Positions 23,680 to 37,760 of a DNA stretch of 64,000 nucleotides are shown here, piece by piece; position 1 is the first letter of the stretch, and the number at the start of each line of letters is the position of its first letter. Position numbers and translations under genes: made by a program. The stretch lies in contig JBHGNT010000005.1 in assembly GCA_043228905.1 (NCBI GenBank), positions 14,074,001-14,138,000 of the forward strand, in the 5' to 3' direction. The stretch comes from Azolla caroliniana (Eukaryota; Plantae; Polypodiophyta). The notes beneath the pieces were generated by a model. The model had not been told where the DNA came from. It did no database searches and was given only the letters and a program-made list of their open reading frames with translations.

Positions 23680-23880
23680 TCTCGTCCGTATCTATCTATC
23701 TTTAATACTTTCTCGCTTGCATTAGTCCTTCTGGTCCAGAACACTAACGGTTCCACTTCATTATCTTGAACGATCCTTTCGATCCTCCATCACCACTTGC
23801 GGATAGAGGTCAGTGCTTGTCTGCACACGTGCAACACGCACATCGTGACGTTTGGCACATGTGTCACGTGCTTCACGACA

Positions 23881-23911
23881 TCCTTGTGGCGTGGTAAATA
23901 TTTTCTCAATA

Positions 23912-23955
<44 letters not shown>

Positions 23956-24114
23956 AGTCAACCCACACAAGCATCTTCGACAACAAGAACGACCCGATTA
24001 TAAACCTAAACGACGGTCGATTCCTTACAAGCATAAGTCACCCGATTCATCCTCCTTGGTCAAAGACCCCGGTGGTCCCGTTCGACTGACCCGTAAGCGC
24101 GGATTTCCGCAACA
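23881..24114 (+). mobile_element. Element K: 3' end of an older LTR (G-like family) into which A inserted
   Basis: Ends GGTGGTCCCG..AAGCGCGGATTTCCGCAACA, resembling the G LTR end GGTGGTCCCG..AAGCGCGGAATACCGCGACA; no PBS follows. Confidence 0.65.
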
Positions 24115-24236
24115 ATGGCCTCCGCGGCCGTGATTCCCTCGCGAGGCCAAGAAGAGACCTCTCCTCACCTCCTCTTTATATGATTTGGGTGGGTGCAAAA
24201 ATAGAGACGTTGCATCCCATCATCACACGTCCTTGG

Positions 24237-24237
<1 letters not shown>

Positions 24238-24277
<40 letters not shown>

Positions 24278-24400
24278 GATATATGTACATATACTGTTAT
24301 ACATACATATGTATGTATACATATAATGTAGGCCCCCCCCACCCCCCCCCCCCCAATAATAAAACTATTAGCGCTGCTGCTGCTGCTGCTGCTGCTTGCT
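24238..24400. repeat. Microsatellites upstream of PSD1: (AC)n, poly-C, (GCT)n
   Basis: Seen directly. Confidence 0.85.
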
Positions 24401-24418
24401 GCTTTGGGGAGGAAGAAA

Positions 24419-24638
24419 ATGATGATGATGGCGTTCCTAATGAAGAAGACGACGACGAGGAACATATGGCGACCCCAACGATGGCCTCTCTCTCCGACTC
24501 CGACTCAGACTCCGACTCAGACTGAGAGCCAACCTCTGAGCTTTAGCTTGAGGAAAGGAGCCTCTTCAACGTCTTCTGCTTCGGATGACAATGACCATGG
24601 CCATGGAAAGTCTCAGCAAAACCAAGGTTACCACCTTT

Positions 24639-24676
<38 letters not shown>

Positions 24677-27600
24677 GTCTGCGTTCTTTCTTTGTTTCAA
24701 GAGATTTTAATTCTCGGATTTGGGCTAACACTCATGCCTCTGGCAAAAAAATGAATGTAACATGTTTATGGCCATTGAATATATTATGGGAAGTCAAGGT
24801 TACCACTTTTTGTTTCCTCTCTTCCATCTCCGTAATGTATATTGTATGTCTTTTTTTTTCTTCTGTTTCGTTTAAGGTCAGTTCGATTTAAATAGAAGTA
24901 TGCCTTAGGAAAATGAACACATAAGACTGATCTCCAGCACGCTAAAATGCTGGTTGACTTTGGCTGGAAATATATATGAATGAAACAAAAATATGTCAAA
25001 CTTCAACTCAATCCCTAAATATTTGTGGTATTCTGTCAGAATATTTCTATTCCAAAATTTCAGAATTGCTTATCAGAAAAAGGAAACCTGGATAATGAAG
25101 ACCATGATCAAAGGGTATGCCTTCAAAAAATGATTTACAGCATATCAAGTTACTCAATACTGATTCATTGAATTTTCAACTTTCTGGTTGGACATATTCA
25201 TGAATCTGAACAAAAATCCGATAGAAACCTGTAACTTCTCTGCTAAGCGCTTTAAATTTCTGGCATTTTGTGAGACCTTGAACAGGGAAAATCAGGCAAA
25301 CGTAGTTGTTTCTGATTGGGCTATTCATTAATAGGAACGAAAATTTTAACAGACATATGCACCTTTTCTAGTAAATTCCTTACAAGTTCCATGGTATTTT
25401 GCCAGAATTTTGTTGAACGCTGGAAGCCATTGCCATGAACAGTAGCACGGAAATTACAGAAAAACATAGTATTACTCTTATTTGTGTGCAACAGAGTGCT
25501 CAGGATGAGATATTAAAGAGTGCTGTGTCAAAAAAGGTTATAGCCTTAATGGCACAATAAGTTTGTTTATGAATATGTATCTAGGTATAAATCCATTTCT
25601 ATAAGATTAATCTGACCTCTGGTAATTCAGGTTTTTAAAAATTACCAAAGGATCAATTTATTTTATGATACTGTTTAGGGAACAGATTCCTGCTTCCTGG
25701 AGCAACAATTGCAACACTATTTATGCTGGGAGGATTGCATGCAAGACGTCTATATGATGACCACAAAGTGAGTCCCGAAAGCATTTATTTTCTCATGGTT
25801 TTCCTCCATACATAAGATGATTATAATCCTCTTCTTCCTGGATTAATGCTGTCAGGCAGAACAAGCCAGGAAACAAAGTGTCGAACTAGAATTTGAGCCC
25901 GACGCAAAGGTGACTCCGATTCTGTTCACTGTTCAGTATTATTGTTTCCATATCACTGCTTATTAGGCAATAATATAAGCTACCATATTAGTGCTAACTA
26001 GGAAGTAAACTATGGTCTCTGATATTTTGTTGATGCAATATGCTTTTTTCTCTAATAAGCCTCTTTAGACAACTGAACTATCATCTATAAATTTACAAGT
26101 TGTATGAATATTGTATTTTCACAAAGGACCCTTTGGTCTGATGCTTTTCCTTCAGGCAGCTTTTCTTCAAATCCTTCCTTTACGGCTAATTTCACGAACA
26201 TGTGGCATGTTGGCATCACTGGTTAGTATGTTGTTTCTTCCCCTGACTATTGAAATTATTGAAAGAATTAGTTTTTGATTCCGGGATTGGGTATTATAGG
26301 AACTTCCAATTTGGGTTCGCCCATATGTTTACAAGGGATATGCAAGAGCTTTCCATGCAAGTATGTATACTCTTGTCCATGGATATCTTTACATGAATTA
26401 AAGTGGACATCCATTTTGTTTTCTAATTTTGTTAGTATTTTGTTCATGCTAGTTTACATCAATATGATTTATTTTTCACCTGCCATGGACAAACCATCAC
26501 TTCTTAACTGAAAAACAAGGAGGATTATATGCTTATCAGTGAATAATGTCGGTTTCTTAACTTAATAGCTTTTAAATTGTTGGGATATATTTCCCTCTCT
26601 TATGCACTATAGATTCTGAAAAGACTAGGAACACTTAAATCAATTAAAACTTCAGCCCTAAACATGATGTATTTCTTAAGCTAGTACATCTTCTAATAAC
26701 ATAGACTGTCTAATCTCATATAGAAGAATGTTAAGTTGAGATGTAATACACGAATTCATTTTGTTAGGCTAAAAAATGATAGAAGAAACCAGGAAATTTT
26801 CTGGTGTTCATGCCAAGGACAACCTCCATTTTGATCTATGCCATCACTTCATGGGGAATATTGTATCTCAGGTTACTGCTACTTTAATTGCAAATCTCAC
26901 TTATATTAGACTTATGTCTATTATATTCACATAACTTTTTGAAGTAAAGAGCTATCAATGAAATGCACAATCTATGGATTCATAATTGGAAAGAAAAACC
27001 TGTCTCATGAGATGTACAATTATATTTTTACGTCACGTAACTGGCAGACAATGTAAGTCCCCGCAGCAGTCTTCTGGATTTAAGAGCAGTGAATCTTGTT
27101 GGTATCAATATTTTTACATTTTAAATTGCAAACTTTTATTCCCAATAGGGTTTAATGCAAATGACTTGAGTCTGTTGTTGAATTATGTATTAAATATTTA
27201 TAGTTCATGCAATTGAGCTGATTGATTATATTCCTGATTTCTAGAGTATGATTCATGTTTTAAATCTGTATAAGCTTGAAATGTTTAAACACTTCAATAA
27301 ATATAGGGCATACTCCCCTTTCTAATATTGATTTCTCATGACTACTTCTCGTATGCATAAAATATATGGTACTCTTACAGATTTAGAAGAGGCTGGTGAA
27401 GATCTGGGGAAATATACATCTCTTAGAAACTTTTTTATGAGGTCATTAAAAGAAGGTTGCAGACCACTCGACCCAGATGCTTGCTGTTTGGTATGATAAC
27501 TTATACTTTCTCGCGAAGTTATCATGTCGGATAGATAAAACTAGATAAAAGAAACAAGACCTAACATGCTCTTTCTGTTGTGTCATCTGGCTAAGGCTCA

Positions 27601-30600
27601 ATTGTAATCACTATATTGAAGCAAATATTGCACACTTTTCTTCGATAGAAAATATTGCTACCCTTTGGATAGCAAATGACGCTCTTAATATGTAGTTTGC
27701 ACTGAAGAAATCATCAATAATTTGATGCCCATGTCGTTTGACCATGTCTTTTGTAACACATTTGTATAGAAATTTTAAGGTCATAGATGCAATGAGTATA
27801 TGTCTATATATGATCGTAAGGTCATGAAATGAGCATCCTGATCCTTTGAAGGCAGGCTTCCTATTGGTTTGCATTCTTTTCTTTGTCAATAATTTTCCAA
27901 CTATAACCATCAGGTGATACTTCAGGGATATGGCTTTTACAGGGACATGTGCACGAGGCTTTCTTTTCTGCTGGAATCAGGAGAGGCAATCTAGATGCAT
28001 TTATTCTAGATTCTAATAGATACAACATTAGGAGTATTTTTAGAATTCAAGTTTTAATTTTTGGGATGGTTTTTATTGATCTTCTTTTCTGATTTTCATT
28101 GTGAAATTGTAGGTTAGTCCAGTGGATGGTGTGGTATTAAGATGTGGTCAGATCACTGCACCTGATCTTTCCATACAACAAGTCAAGGGATATTCTTACT
28201 CTGTAAATTCATTGCTGGGAGCAGAACCACAGGGGTTACCTTCCATTTTGGAAACAGCAGCTGAAAAGGGACCTGCACAACTGTAATTATGTTTTTGAAG
28301 GAATATCTTTGTGTTAGTACTTAAATATATTGTAACTTCCGAAATTCTCTATGTTCTGATGTATTGTTTTGGAATTTTGTGATACTAATATGTATTCATT
28401 TACTCAAAGATTCTGGGGGACAGAACGCTTCTGTAGCTATTCTTACATCTCTGAAGCTCTAAGAGGAGATTACGAGACAGATATTAGAACAAGATCTAGA
28501 GCATCACCACGTGTTTTTGGGATTGTCTACCACAATCTTTTGGTGATGAAGAAATATTTAACAGGCTACAGAGGCCTGTGCAAGACATTTTGGAATGATG
28601 CACACATGGATAGTTAGTTTAGGATGCTTTAGATGACATTTCCTTATAGCACAAATATGCTTTGAATGTCTTGTTCAGAACTAGGGTAGCTCTTTCATTT
28701 ATATAGTAGATTACATTTTAGTTTCAGTTATAATCAGCTCAATGAGTAATTTTATTTGTATGAATGAGTTCCCACATAATATTGTAACTGTAATATGTTT
28801 TGGTCTAAAGGTCATTGTGCCCACTATAGAGATGTTAATACAGTCTTTCTTTCTTTTCTTTCATGTAAGAAAGGTGCATTCCTCATGGTCTGGGGCTATC
28901 ATGACCTCCATGAAACTGGGCTAATACATCTCAAATGTCCCGTTAAGCAGTGGATCTACTTGTGTAGCTCTCATCTGTCTCTGTCGTCACATTTGGATTG
29001 GGTTATTGCTTTATTAGCCTCGTCACACTAAAATACGAAGTAAAATATTTTTTCTACAGAATTTTAGCCCCGTATATTTTTTTTGAGCCAATGTTTGAAT
29101 ATGTTTTTTATAATGTTCTTTTCCAAGTATAGTTTGATAGTTGCTTACAAACTCGATATTGATGCTTGTGTAGTCCTGGCAGTGGCCTTTTTTATTGTGT
29201 TCTATACCTTGGGCCTGGTGACTACCATAGGGTGCATTCACCAACAGATTGGCAAGTCTTTTATCGCCGCCATTTTTGTGGTACTGTTTTTTTTTCAAAG
29301 ATATAATTGATGATGAAATTAAGCTTATTCTAATTACCAGTAAATATAAAATTTATTGAGCTAGCAAATTTTAATTCTCTTTGAGGCGTATTAAAAAGTT
29401 TTTCTAATATTCTTTGTTCATGTTTCTGAGGCTTTTGGCGTGTTTACTTGAAGGGAGATTATATCCAGTAAATGAACGTGCAGCCCGGACAATAAGTAAT
29501 TTGTATGCTGGAAATGAAAGAGTAAGCTTGATGATAGATAAATCTTCTTGTTATTTCCAATGTTTTCCAGATGACATTTTTGTTTGTAATCATTGACTTC
29601 ATAATAGAGGGTATAGCTAAATTATATCTTTAAACTGCAATTTCTATATCATGGCCTCCCTTATGTCAAACAAAGTGGTTTATTAGTGTTACCTGAGAAT
29701 ATGGCCAAGTGAATCTGACGATGACAGATAGAATATGGCGATTACCTGAAAAGTACAAACCTTGAGTAGGCCAAGTGGGAGGTAGCAGATTGCAACATGT
29801 AACTATGTAAGATGCTTTTTGCGAACTCGTATTCACACAGAACATGTATCTACATCCCTATGCACCTCACAACTCTTATCACGGTGGTCATCAACGATTC
29901 TTTCTTTAAAAGGGCATATATATTAACGGTTTCTGCTACTCCTTGCGCATATTATCTTGCATTTCCTGATCAGATCTCATGCAATTACTCATTGATCATA
30001 AGCAGTGGAAGTTCTTCATATATGATGCGAGTGGGGAGGACATCCTCATTATAATGAGGATCTGGTAATAGGCTATACCACCACTGAATTTTTGGCAATG
30101 CTTCTTGAGATTTGACCCTGAGAAAATCAATACATTGCCATTAGTAAGGGATTTATTATGAAGATTGTTCTTAGCCTCTGATGATAGGTTCGCAGTAACT
30201 TTTGTTTCCTATGACCTCTAACCAAAGGAAAGAGGGTTGATAGAGTCCATGCTCATGAGTTGTCAATTTTAACTTATTACTAGGTTGTACTTGAAGGCAT
30301 TTGGAATAAAGGATTTATGGCACTTGTGGCTGTTGGTGCGACAAATGTTGGTTCTATAGAGGTAAAAGTTACGGCTTTGACCAGTAGATAAATCATGTTT
30401 TTGTTTGAACCTTTTTGTTGTATATTTATAGTTCCCCCTTATGCATGCAAATTGTTCTGCAGCTCAAAACTGAACCTGACTTCATAACAAACATTACAAG
30501 GGCAATTTCAAGTAAGCCAGGATTTTCAAGTGTTCAGAAGTATGGGGATGGGGGCTTTGGTATTTCAATTCGTAAAGGAGATGAGGTATGGGGTTGACAA

Positions 30601-31074
30601 TACAACATTTTATGTATTCTTAATCCATAAGACCATTAATTCGTTGTATAAATTTGTTGCATTTGTCTAATGGTTTCAAGACCACATCAATGGTTTCTGG
30701 GTTATCGTATGATTTACACATGAAGAGGGTAGGGGATCCTATATATGATTTGTGTGATAACCTGAGAGAGTCAAGAAAGTGAAAACTTGTAAAGCAGGCT
30801 TTCTATTAATGAAAAAGGCATTCTGGCAATATTAAGGGATGTTTAAACCGTTCTAGCTTCAATGAGTTTTGACTGCTACACGTTTATTTCCTTGGGCATT
30901 AAAGAGACCTTTTTGCAGGTTGCACGTTTCAACTTGGGATCTACGGTGATACTCGTATTTGAGGCACCGCTTTTCCAGGGGATGGATCCAAATGGAAAAT
31001 CAGGATTTTCGTTTTCTGTTAACAAAGGAGAAAGAGTAAGAATGGGACAGGCAATAGGCAAGTGGCAAGATTAA
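24419..31074 (+). CDS. PSD1: Phosphatidylserine decarboxylase proenzyme, mitochondrial type. Exons about 24419-24626, 25679-25767, 25856-25909, 26156-26221, 26300-26360, 27381-27490, 28113-28282, 29174-29280, 29454-29521, 30284-30361, 30463-30585, 30919-31074
   Basis: GT-AG exons join in frame; motifs [51 protein letters not shown] and the self-cleavage motif FNLGST; start codon uncertain and a small extra exon between 28282 and 29174 is possible. Confidence 0.92.
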
Positions 31075-32589
31075 GCAAACATATTACAATCTTGAAGCAA
31101 GATGCATAATCCAATTTGAGAAGCTATGGTTATATTTTTTTTTCAGATCAGAGTTTACTGTTTCTGGTTCAGATTCACTCTGACAAGCAAGCTACAGGAT
31201 TCCTGCATAAACTCTATGGATGGGGCCATAGAGTTTATGGCAGTTCTTTTCCCTTAACATTATGTTGAGGGTTTTTGTTTCTCCAAACCATCCATTTCTT
31301 AAATCAATTCTGATTCAGAGTCACTTGTAAAGTCGTACCAAATACACTCGAAGTGTGGATGGGGAATATTTAGAGAAGTCTCTCTGGCAATGTCAGGACA
31401 CATTATGGGCGGTCCTACAAAAACATAGTTATAATGCTTTTGTTTTGTTCCATCATGATAAATGCATCTTTTACTTATTATTCAGTGAAAACTTTGAAAT
31501 ATCTTCATTCATTTGTGTAAGACGATTCAAGGTTTTCGTACCAAAAGACCAATCACTGGTCATGAAACCAAATATTTTTTATTTATTAAACTTTTTATCA
31601 ATCAAGCTGTTATCTTGGTGGGGTCATATGCTTTTGCATTATGAAACAAGAGTAATAAACTCTTCGTAAGCAAATTGTTATGAGTCAGTCATCTTGTTTG
31701 CAAACAATTACCTTATGAACAACAAAATTTTATGTGCTTGTGTTGTACATAAGTCGGGTGAATGTTTTTTATATTAGAAACTGTTTGGCAGAACCTCTAG
31801 CAGCACAAGAGGTTGTAATTGTCAGAAGCTGGATGACTTACACACAGATGTCAACCTATTCCATAACTTAGCTTACAAAGAGATGATTTTGATCCTTAAA
31901 ATTGACAGATGATTTCTATCTTATGATTATCATGTTCTAATGGCATCTGGATGACATAAGTGCCTAAATAGATTATGCTATGGCTTTTGGATGACATAAG
32001 TGCCTAAAGAGATTATGCTAAAAAGCTACATTTGAGGGGTTTCTTTATGCTATAGTGCAATACTTCTTTAATATGATATAATTTGGATTAAAAAACTCTA
32101 TTTTATGTAGGCATCGTCTTCATGGTCATGGTTTTCCCATGCAACAAACAACCTTCCCATTGATGGAACCATTGAATGCATATAACGTACAGCTATATAC
32201 CCAAATGCTTACTGTCCAATGATGGTACTCATGGGAGTTTTAAATAATTCTTTAAAGCTAGCATTAAATTTTCCAAATTTTCTAAACTTGTCACTACTTT
32301 TCAATGTCCCTGCAATTTTGATGCTGCTCAGTAGCTAGATCTCACTCTACACTGAATGGAGCTTGATTATCAGATGAGCAAGATACTTCCAATGAGTAAA
32401 GGTCCCCTTACACAGGTTGGGTCTTGAAGATGCATAAGTTGTGAAACTAATTGAGCAAGGCTAGCATAGCAAGCCCATATAATATTCTCGCTTGGGTCTT
32501 CTTTGTTTAGTATTTACACATACATTGTGTTAGCGCAATTAAAACACCCTTATTGGCACCATTCTTTTCTTTTCAACTTGTCTGAAAAA

Positions 32590-35500
32590 TTACACCTTAT
32601 TTTCTTGCTTTTGAGCATCCTTAAGCCTTTCTCTTAGGGACTCTACTTTACCAGAACTTGGAAGGTCAAGTGCCATCAGAGCCCTTCGCAATTCAGCTTT
32701 ATCCATTACATCAATCTCATCATCTGAAAGAGGTTCTGACAAGGATCGAGCGAGGGGAGGAGGGGCTGGTTCCGACCCCCCCAACATTCTTGGAGCTGCT
32801 TTCCATGGAATAGTCTTCCTAGCCTGCAAACAGTAGAAACCATAAATAAGCATTGATATTAATTTCTTGCGTGATGATCATGATTTGCTTTGATGTGCTC
32901 TATAATATAACCACACATTGCAGAGAAAGGTCACTTCAAATTCACTCAACTTACCAGTGAAAAGACGAAGAGATTATACCTCAGTCACAAGGTTCTCGAG
33001 CTCCTTGTAAGTAGGCTGCTGGGGTTGCAATCCAATTAAGTCACTTTTTCCATCCCAAGCCATCAAGTATATCTTCCATCCATATATATATATATAATAT
33101 ACGTACATATTACCAAAAAACCAAAAATGATTACATGTAAGTTATCCAATATTACAATCTTAAAAAGCTGAAATATTAAAATTGATTTAAATATTAATAC
33201 TTCGACAGATCCTGCACCCTAGATATTCTAACTGACTTCAAAATCATGGATGTCCTGACCCTCATATAAACTGCTGAAAAAATCAGAAAATGACTTACTT
33301 CAATCAAATAACAATTCTTAGTATTCTTGCATTTCCATACAAGATAAATTCTTAAGTTCTTTCACTTAATGCTCTGAAAGCTAACTTACTGATCAATTTA
33401 CTAGAGACCCAATTAAGTTCCTTGAGCAGCATTTTTTTATAGACAATATGTGAATGCAAACACTTCACTAGTAGATCATAGCTACATACATGCCAATCCT
33501 CGCAAAAGCATTTGAGGAGTCTTACAACCCCACCAGACCCAGAAACTACATTAGAGGCTTCTCCAATGCGCAGCTCCAGGAGTGAGTATGTTGGTTCGAA
33601 TGTGGCCAAAAACTCCTCTGCTTGCCTATCAAAGTATGTACGTCAGAAACAACAATATGATAGCATGACATACTTAAAGAGGAATGATTGAATAAATGCA
33701 ACAAAAGGAATGATTGAATAAATACCTGCCTTTTCCAAGGACCAAAGCCAAAGTCTGATACAACTTGGCCTGATGAGCGCCACTGCGGATTAACCAGAAA
33801 TGTAGGTCTTGTTTGATCGGTTTTCAGAAGAGATTTGACCTGCCACACCCCAGTTTAAATTATTTTGCTTGTATACCAAACACGCATGTTGAAAAAGGAA
33901 ATACACTTCCTGTCAGTATTTAAGGTCTAGCACTGAATATGAAATGGCACAAAAATGAGGTGTACCAACTTATGATGAATATCATTTACTTGCAATAAAC
34001 AACATGAGTTTGATTAATATCCAATCGAATATTTGATACTACCAGTGATCAAGTAACATAGAGTTTATCTGATAGACAGTAGTATATATGCTGTCACACT
34101 CTCTGAGATAACCAAAATTGCAACTGAATACTGGATTGCTTTTGAAATTGGGATCTATCCCATCCCAATGGATTGACTCGGGATAATAATATTGGGCAAC
34201 CATAATCCAATTCCCTCCAAGATGTGATAAGTATACTACTCAGTAGGAGCTTTACCGAGTTTCATTAAATATTACATTTGATAGAATTTCCTCTCTATAT
34301 AGACACACAGTATATGCCCAATTCCCAGTAGTGACGGTATAAAAATAAGGGAAAACAAAACTCTCAAATACGCTTGAGTTTTTTAAATTTCCCTGTCCCC
34401 AAGATTCCATTATTTTCCCAAAGACTCCTGCTTACATCAGAAAGCAAGGAAACAGGGATGAACTGATCATATAAATTCTCAACCATCACATAACGTTGCT
34501 TGAGAATGGATATCATTCGAGAAATAATGGATCTTAGGGCCACTTGGGGAAATCATGAAAAACAAAGTATTTCAGGATTTTGTCCTAAAAACAAATGGCT
34601 TACTTGGTTTAATGTCTCCGCAATTGGAAAAACAACAGCAGCAATTGATTTGTCAGATGGATATAGAACAGCAACAGGATCCATCTCATTTTCAATTTCC
34701 CCTATGCGTTTTAACAATACTTCACCATTTCCATTGCCATTAGCCAGCTTCTTTACAATCAATGTAGTCACCTTACAACAAGCTATGAATTCATCTTTTA
34801 TGCTACATGGATAATCCCTGTTGAAAAGGGTTTAGGATTTAGGTGGGAAGACATTAGAGGTCCATTATGATGATTCAAATAGTCTCTAAGTTTTCTATGA
34901 AAACAGTTGAACATACATGTTTTGAAGTGAGAAAGTGATCAAGTTAAGTACCTAAGTTGGTTTATAGCAAGTATTAACCTTCAGGGGCTAATGGACAATT
35001 GGAGAAATAAGAGCTATATGAAGATTGCATTAAATGCATTCAAAATCCCAACACTACTTCAACCTCAATTACTTCCTTGAATTTACAAATAACTTCAAAC
35101 GTTGGATTTGGAAAATTTTATGAAGTAATGACACTGGTGTTCAAATTCTTCGACATGCTTTGAATAAGAATGGCAAATCCAACCTTTTCATGAGCTTTGG
35201 AACCAAATTTCTCTAAGTATGTCTACTTGCAGTGCGACAAATTCTTCGAACTTCACTTCCGATCTGGAGATGGATCATGGATCCCTTGATGCTTGTGGGC
35301 TACTTGTCCATAATCCAAGTCAGATTTGATCTTGTACCATTTCCTCGGCAGTTTTCTTCTCACTAAATCTGATAATTGAGATTGTGACTAACATACAATA
35401 CTTTGAAGAGCAAGTAATTGCACACCTTCTAATCACTTCTTGCTAGATCACCTCAGCCTCACATGTTTAAGTATTTTAGTGTATGAGAAAATATTTCCCT

Positions 35501-36607
35501 TGTGTTATACATGTGTAATATCCATCTCGACTGAAATGTTAGCAGCAATGCCACTGTATACCTCTTCCAAGTCAGTCAGTGATTGTGTGTGTTCGCATAG
35601 GTTTGAAATTGGGGTTTCCAACTAATGCAGCCATTGTTCACCCCCACTCACTAAAAGCGCTGTTCGGATATTTGAATTTGCCAGCAGGAAATATTTATAA
35701 AGGGAACAAAATCCAATTGACACATACAAAATTTCAACTAAATTCCAATACAATTACAGTATAGTCATCATTTTCTATTGGAAGTATTTGTACAGTGGAC
35801 TAACAAAATCCAATAGAGATATATAAATTGTATACTAGGTTGCTATAGGATTGTGTCGCTTTCTCATAATGTCCTACTATTTTATGCACGGAAAAGGAAA
35901 TTTGGTCACTGATTAACAAGCGGAATTTTCCCAAACATTGAATCCCCATCCATCCAGGTAAATAGGACAGAATCTGATACAATTATGCAAAAGTTCTACT
36001 ACATTTAATTATCAAAATAGCTCGACAATCCGAATACGGGAGGTCATTGAGATCTTTAAATAAGAATACAGAGAAGACTAAAGAAAGAAAGAATACCTTG
36101 GTTCAGTATCCAAGAAGTTGAATTGCCGCTGATCAACAGGGAGCAAGATCTGAAGAGACTGTCTACTCTTTCCCGCTTCCAAAGCTTTCTTGATAGAAAG
36201 CTGAGCCTACAAAACCACACACAGGAAGATTTAAGAAGACGGATGGGGGCAAGCGGAAGAGAGACGTACAAAACAAAAGAGCACAAAGAAATAGAAATAA
36301 AGAGTGTGAACGCGACTGGCAGGCAATCTAACTAATATAGTACCTGCTCAACGACATCTTCAATGGTCTGCGGATTTGAAGAGTTGGGGACGAGCGAGGC
36401 AAAAACGGCATGGCACTTCACAAGATACTGAGGATTTCTTCTTCTTTCACGATGATGACGATCATGGTAGAAAGAGAAAGATGATGATGAGTTCTTTCCT
36501 GATATCCCCACCACAGCAGCAACAGAAGAAGAAGAAGAAGAAGAAGAAGAAGAAGAAAGGAGAAGAAGAGCAGGAGGAGGAGAAATAAAGAATGTTGTGA
36601 TGGCCAT
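32590..36607 (-). CDS. Plastid-targeted DUF1995 (LPA3-like) protein with C-terminal SAP domain. Exons 36607-36344, 36206-36097, 34817-34604, 33839-33730, 33625-33490, 33072-32980, 32823-32590
   Basis: Ser-rich transit-like N-terminus; PTFLVNPQW, SDFGFGPWKRQAEEFLATFEPTYSL, QPTYKELE typical of DUF1995; MDKAELRRALMALDLPSSGKVESLRERL fits the SAP pattern; phases consistent if intron 4 is GC-AG. Confidence 0.8.
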
Positions 36608-37039
36608 AGCAAAATGGGAGAGGAGAGGAGAGGAGAGGAGAGGAGAGGAGAGGAGATCCGAGAGACCACAAAACAAACAACACAACGAAAGCAGTGTAGT
36701 AGTAGTAGTGTTAAAGACGGTCTTATCTCATTTATTTCCATTATGTACATATCTCACCATCCCATCCTCATCATCATCATACATACACATACATACATAC
36801 ATACATACATACATAATGGAATAAGACTGCGCATGCATATGGATGGATACGCACATGCATTTCTTATCTCTACGTTACATGTATTCGTAATTGGATAATG
36901 TACATATATATATTATAATATATATATATATATATATAATCATAGATTGATCCATGCGTGAAATTCGTAACATTCGACATCCTCAATATTCGTAACATTC
37001 GAGAATACAAAATGTCCCCAAGAATATTACAGAACCATT

Positions 37040-37760
37040 CGTTTATTTATTTATTACTTAAAAAAAATAATTTTATATATTATATATAAAAATATTATTA
37101 GTCTAAGGTCCCCTTTTTAATGTCCAGAGAGTAAAAAGTGGAGAATTAATGAAGCTTTTATTGTTTTTTTAAAAATAAAACAAATACTTTAAAGTTTTTC
37201 ACCTATTATAAAAATATTATTAGTGTGAGATAAAAATATAAAATTTTGTGAGAACCTTTTATTTATTCTATTTATTTTACATATATTTTATTTATTTTTT
37301 GTTTTATTAAAAATTAAAACATATACATCTAAGTTTGATCAATATTATAAAAATATTATTAGTGTGAGTTTCCCTTTTTAATGTGAAATAAAAATATGAA
37401 ATTTATGGGAACCTTTTATTTAGTTAATTTATTTACATTAATTTATTTATTTTTCGTTTTATTAAAAAATAAAACAAATACATTTAAGTTATATATATAT
37501 TATAAATATATTATTAGTATGAGGTTCCCTTTTAATAACAGATAAAAATATCAATTTTTGTGGGAGAGTAAAGTGGGAAATTAATGAACTTTTTATTTAT
37601 TATTTATTAAAAATAAAACAAATGCTTTTAACTTTTAAGTTTTCCATTTATTATGTAAAAATATTATTTAGTGTAAGTCTCCTTTTTAATGTCAAGTTAA
37701 ATATCCCATATTTAATAATGTGAAAGTCTCTTTGTTATATGATATATATATTAGAAACTA
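37040..37760. repeat. Very AT-rich degenerate tandem repeat (about five units of 120-160 bp)
   Basis: AAAATATTATTAGT.TGAG..TCCCTTTTTAATG recurs near 37090, 37210, 37350, 37505 and 37660. Confidence 0.6.

Larger units (their letters stand above)
1..23880 (+). mobile_element. Element A: Ty3/gypsy LTR retrotransposon, 5' part outside the window; 3' LTR (4049-4616 + 23685-23880) split by element B
   Basis: PR, RT, RNase H and IN motifs at 1-3978; G-rich PPT at 4031-4048; LTR starts TGTCGTGAAG (4049) and ends in the exact inverted repeat CTTCACGACA (23880). Confidence 0.9.

Noticed and set aside
28369-28617. 82-aa ORF in a PSD1 intron as an extra exon
   Set aside because: Flanking exons already join in phase and no PSD similarity is evident; needs RNA-seq
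31948-32020. About 33-bp direct repeat with 40-bp period between the two genes
   Set aside because: Ordinary local duplication with no further structure
34900-36050. Possible decayed TE in intron 2 of the DUF1995 gene
   Set aside because: No motif or termini that I could identify with confidence
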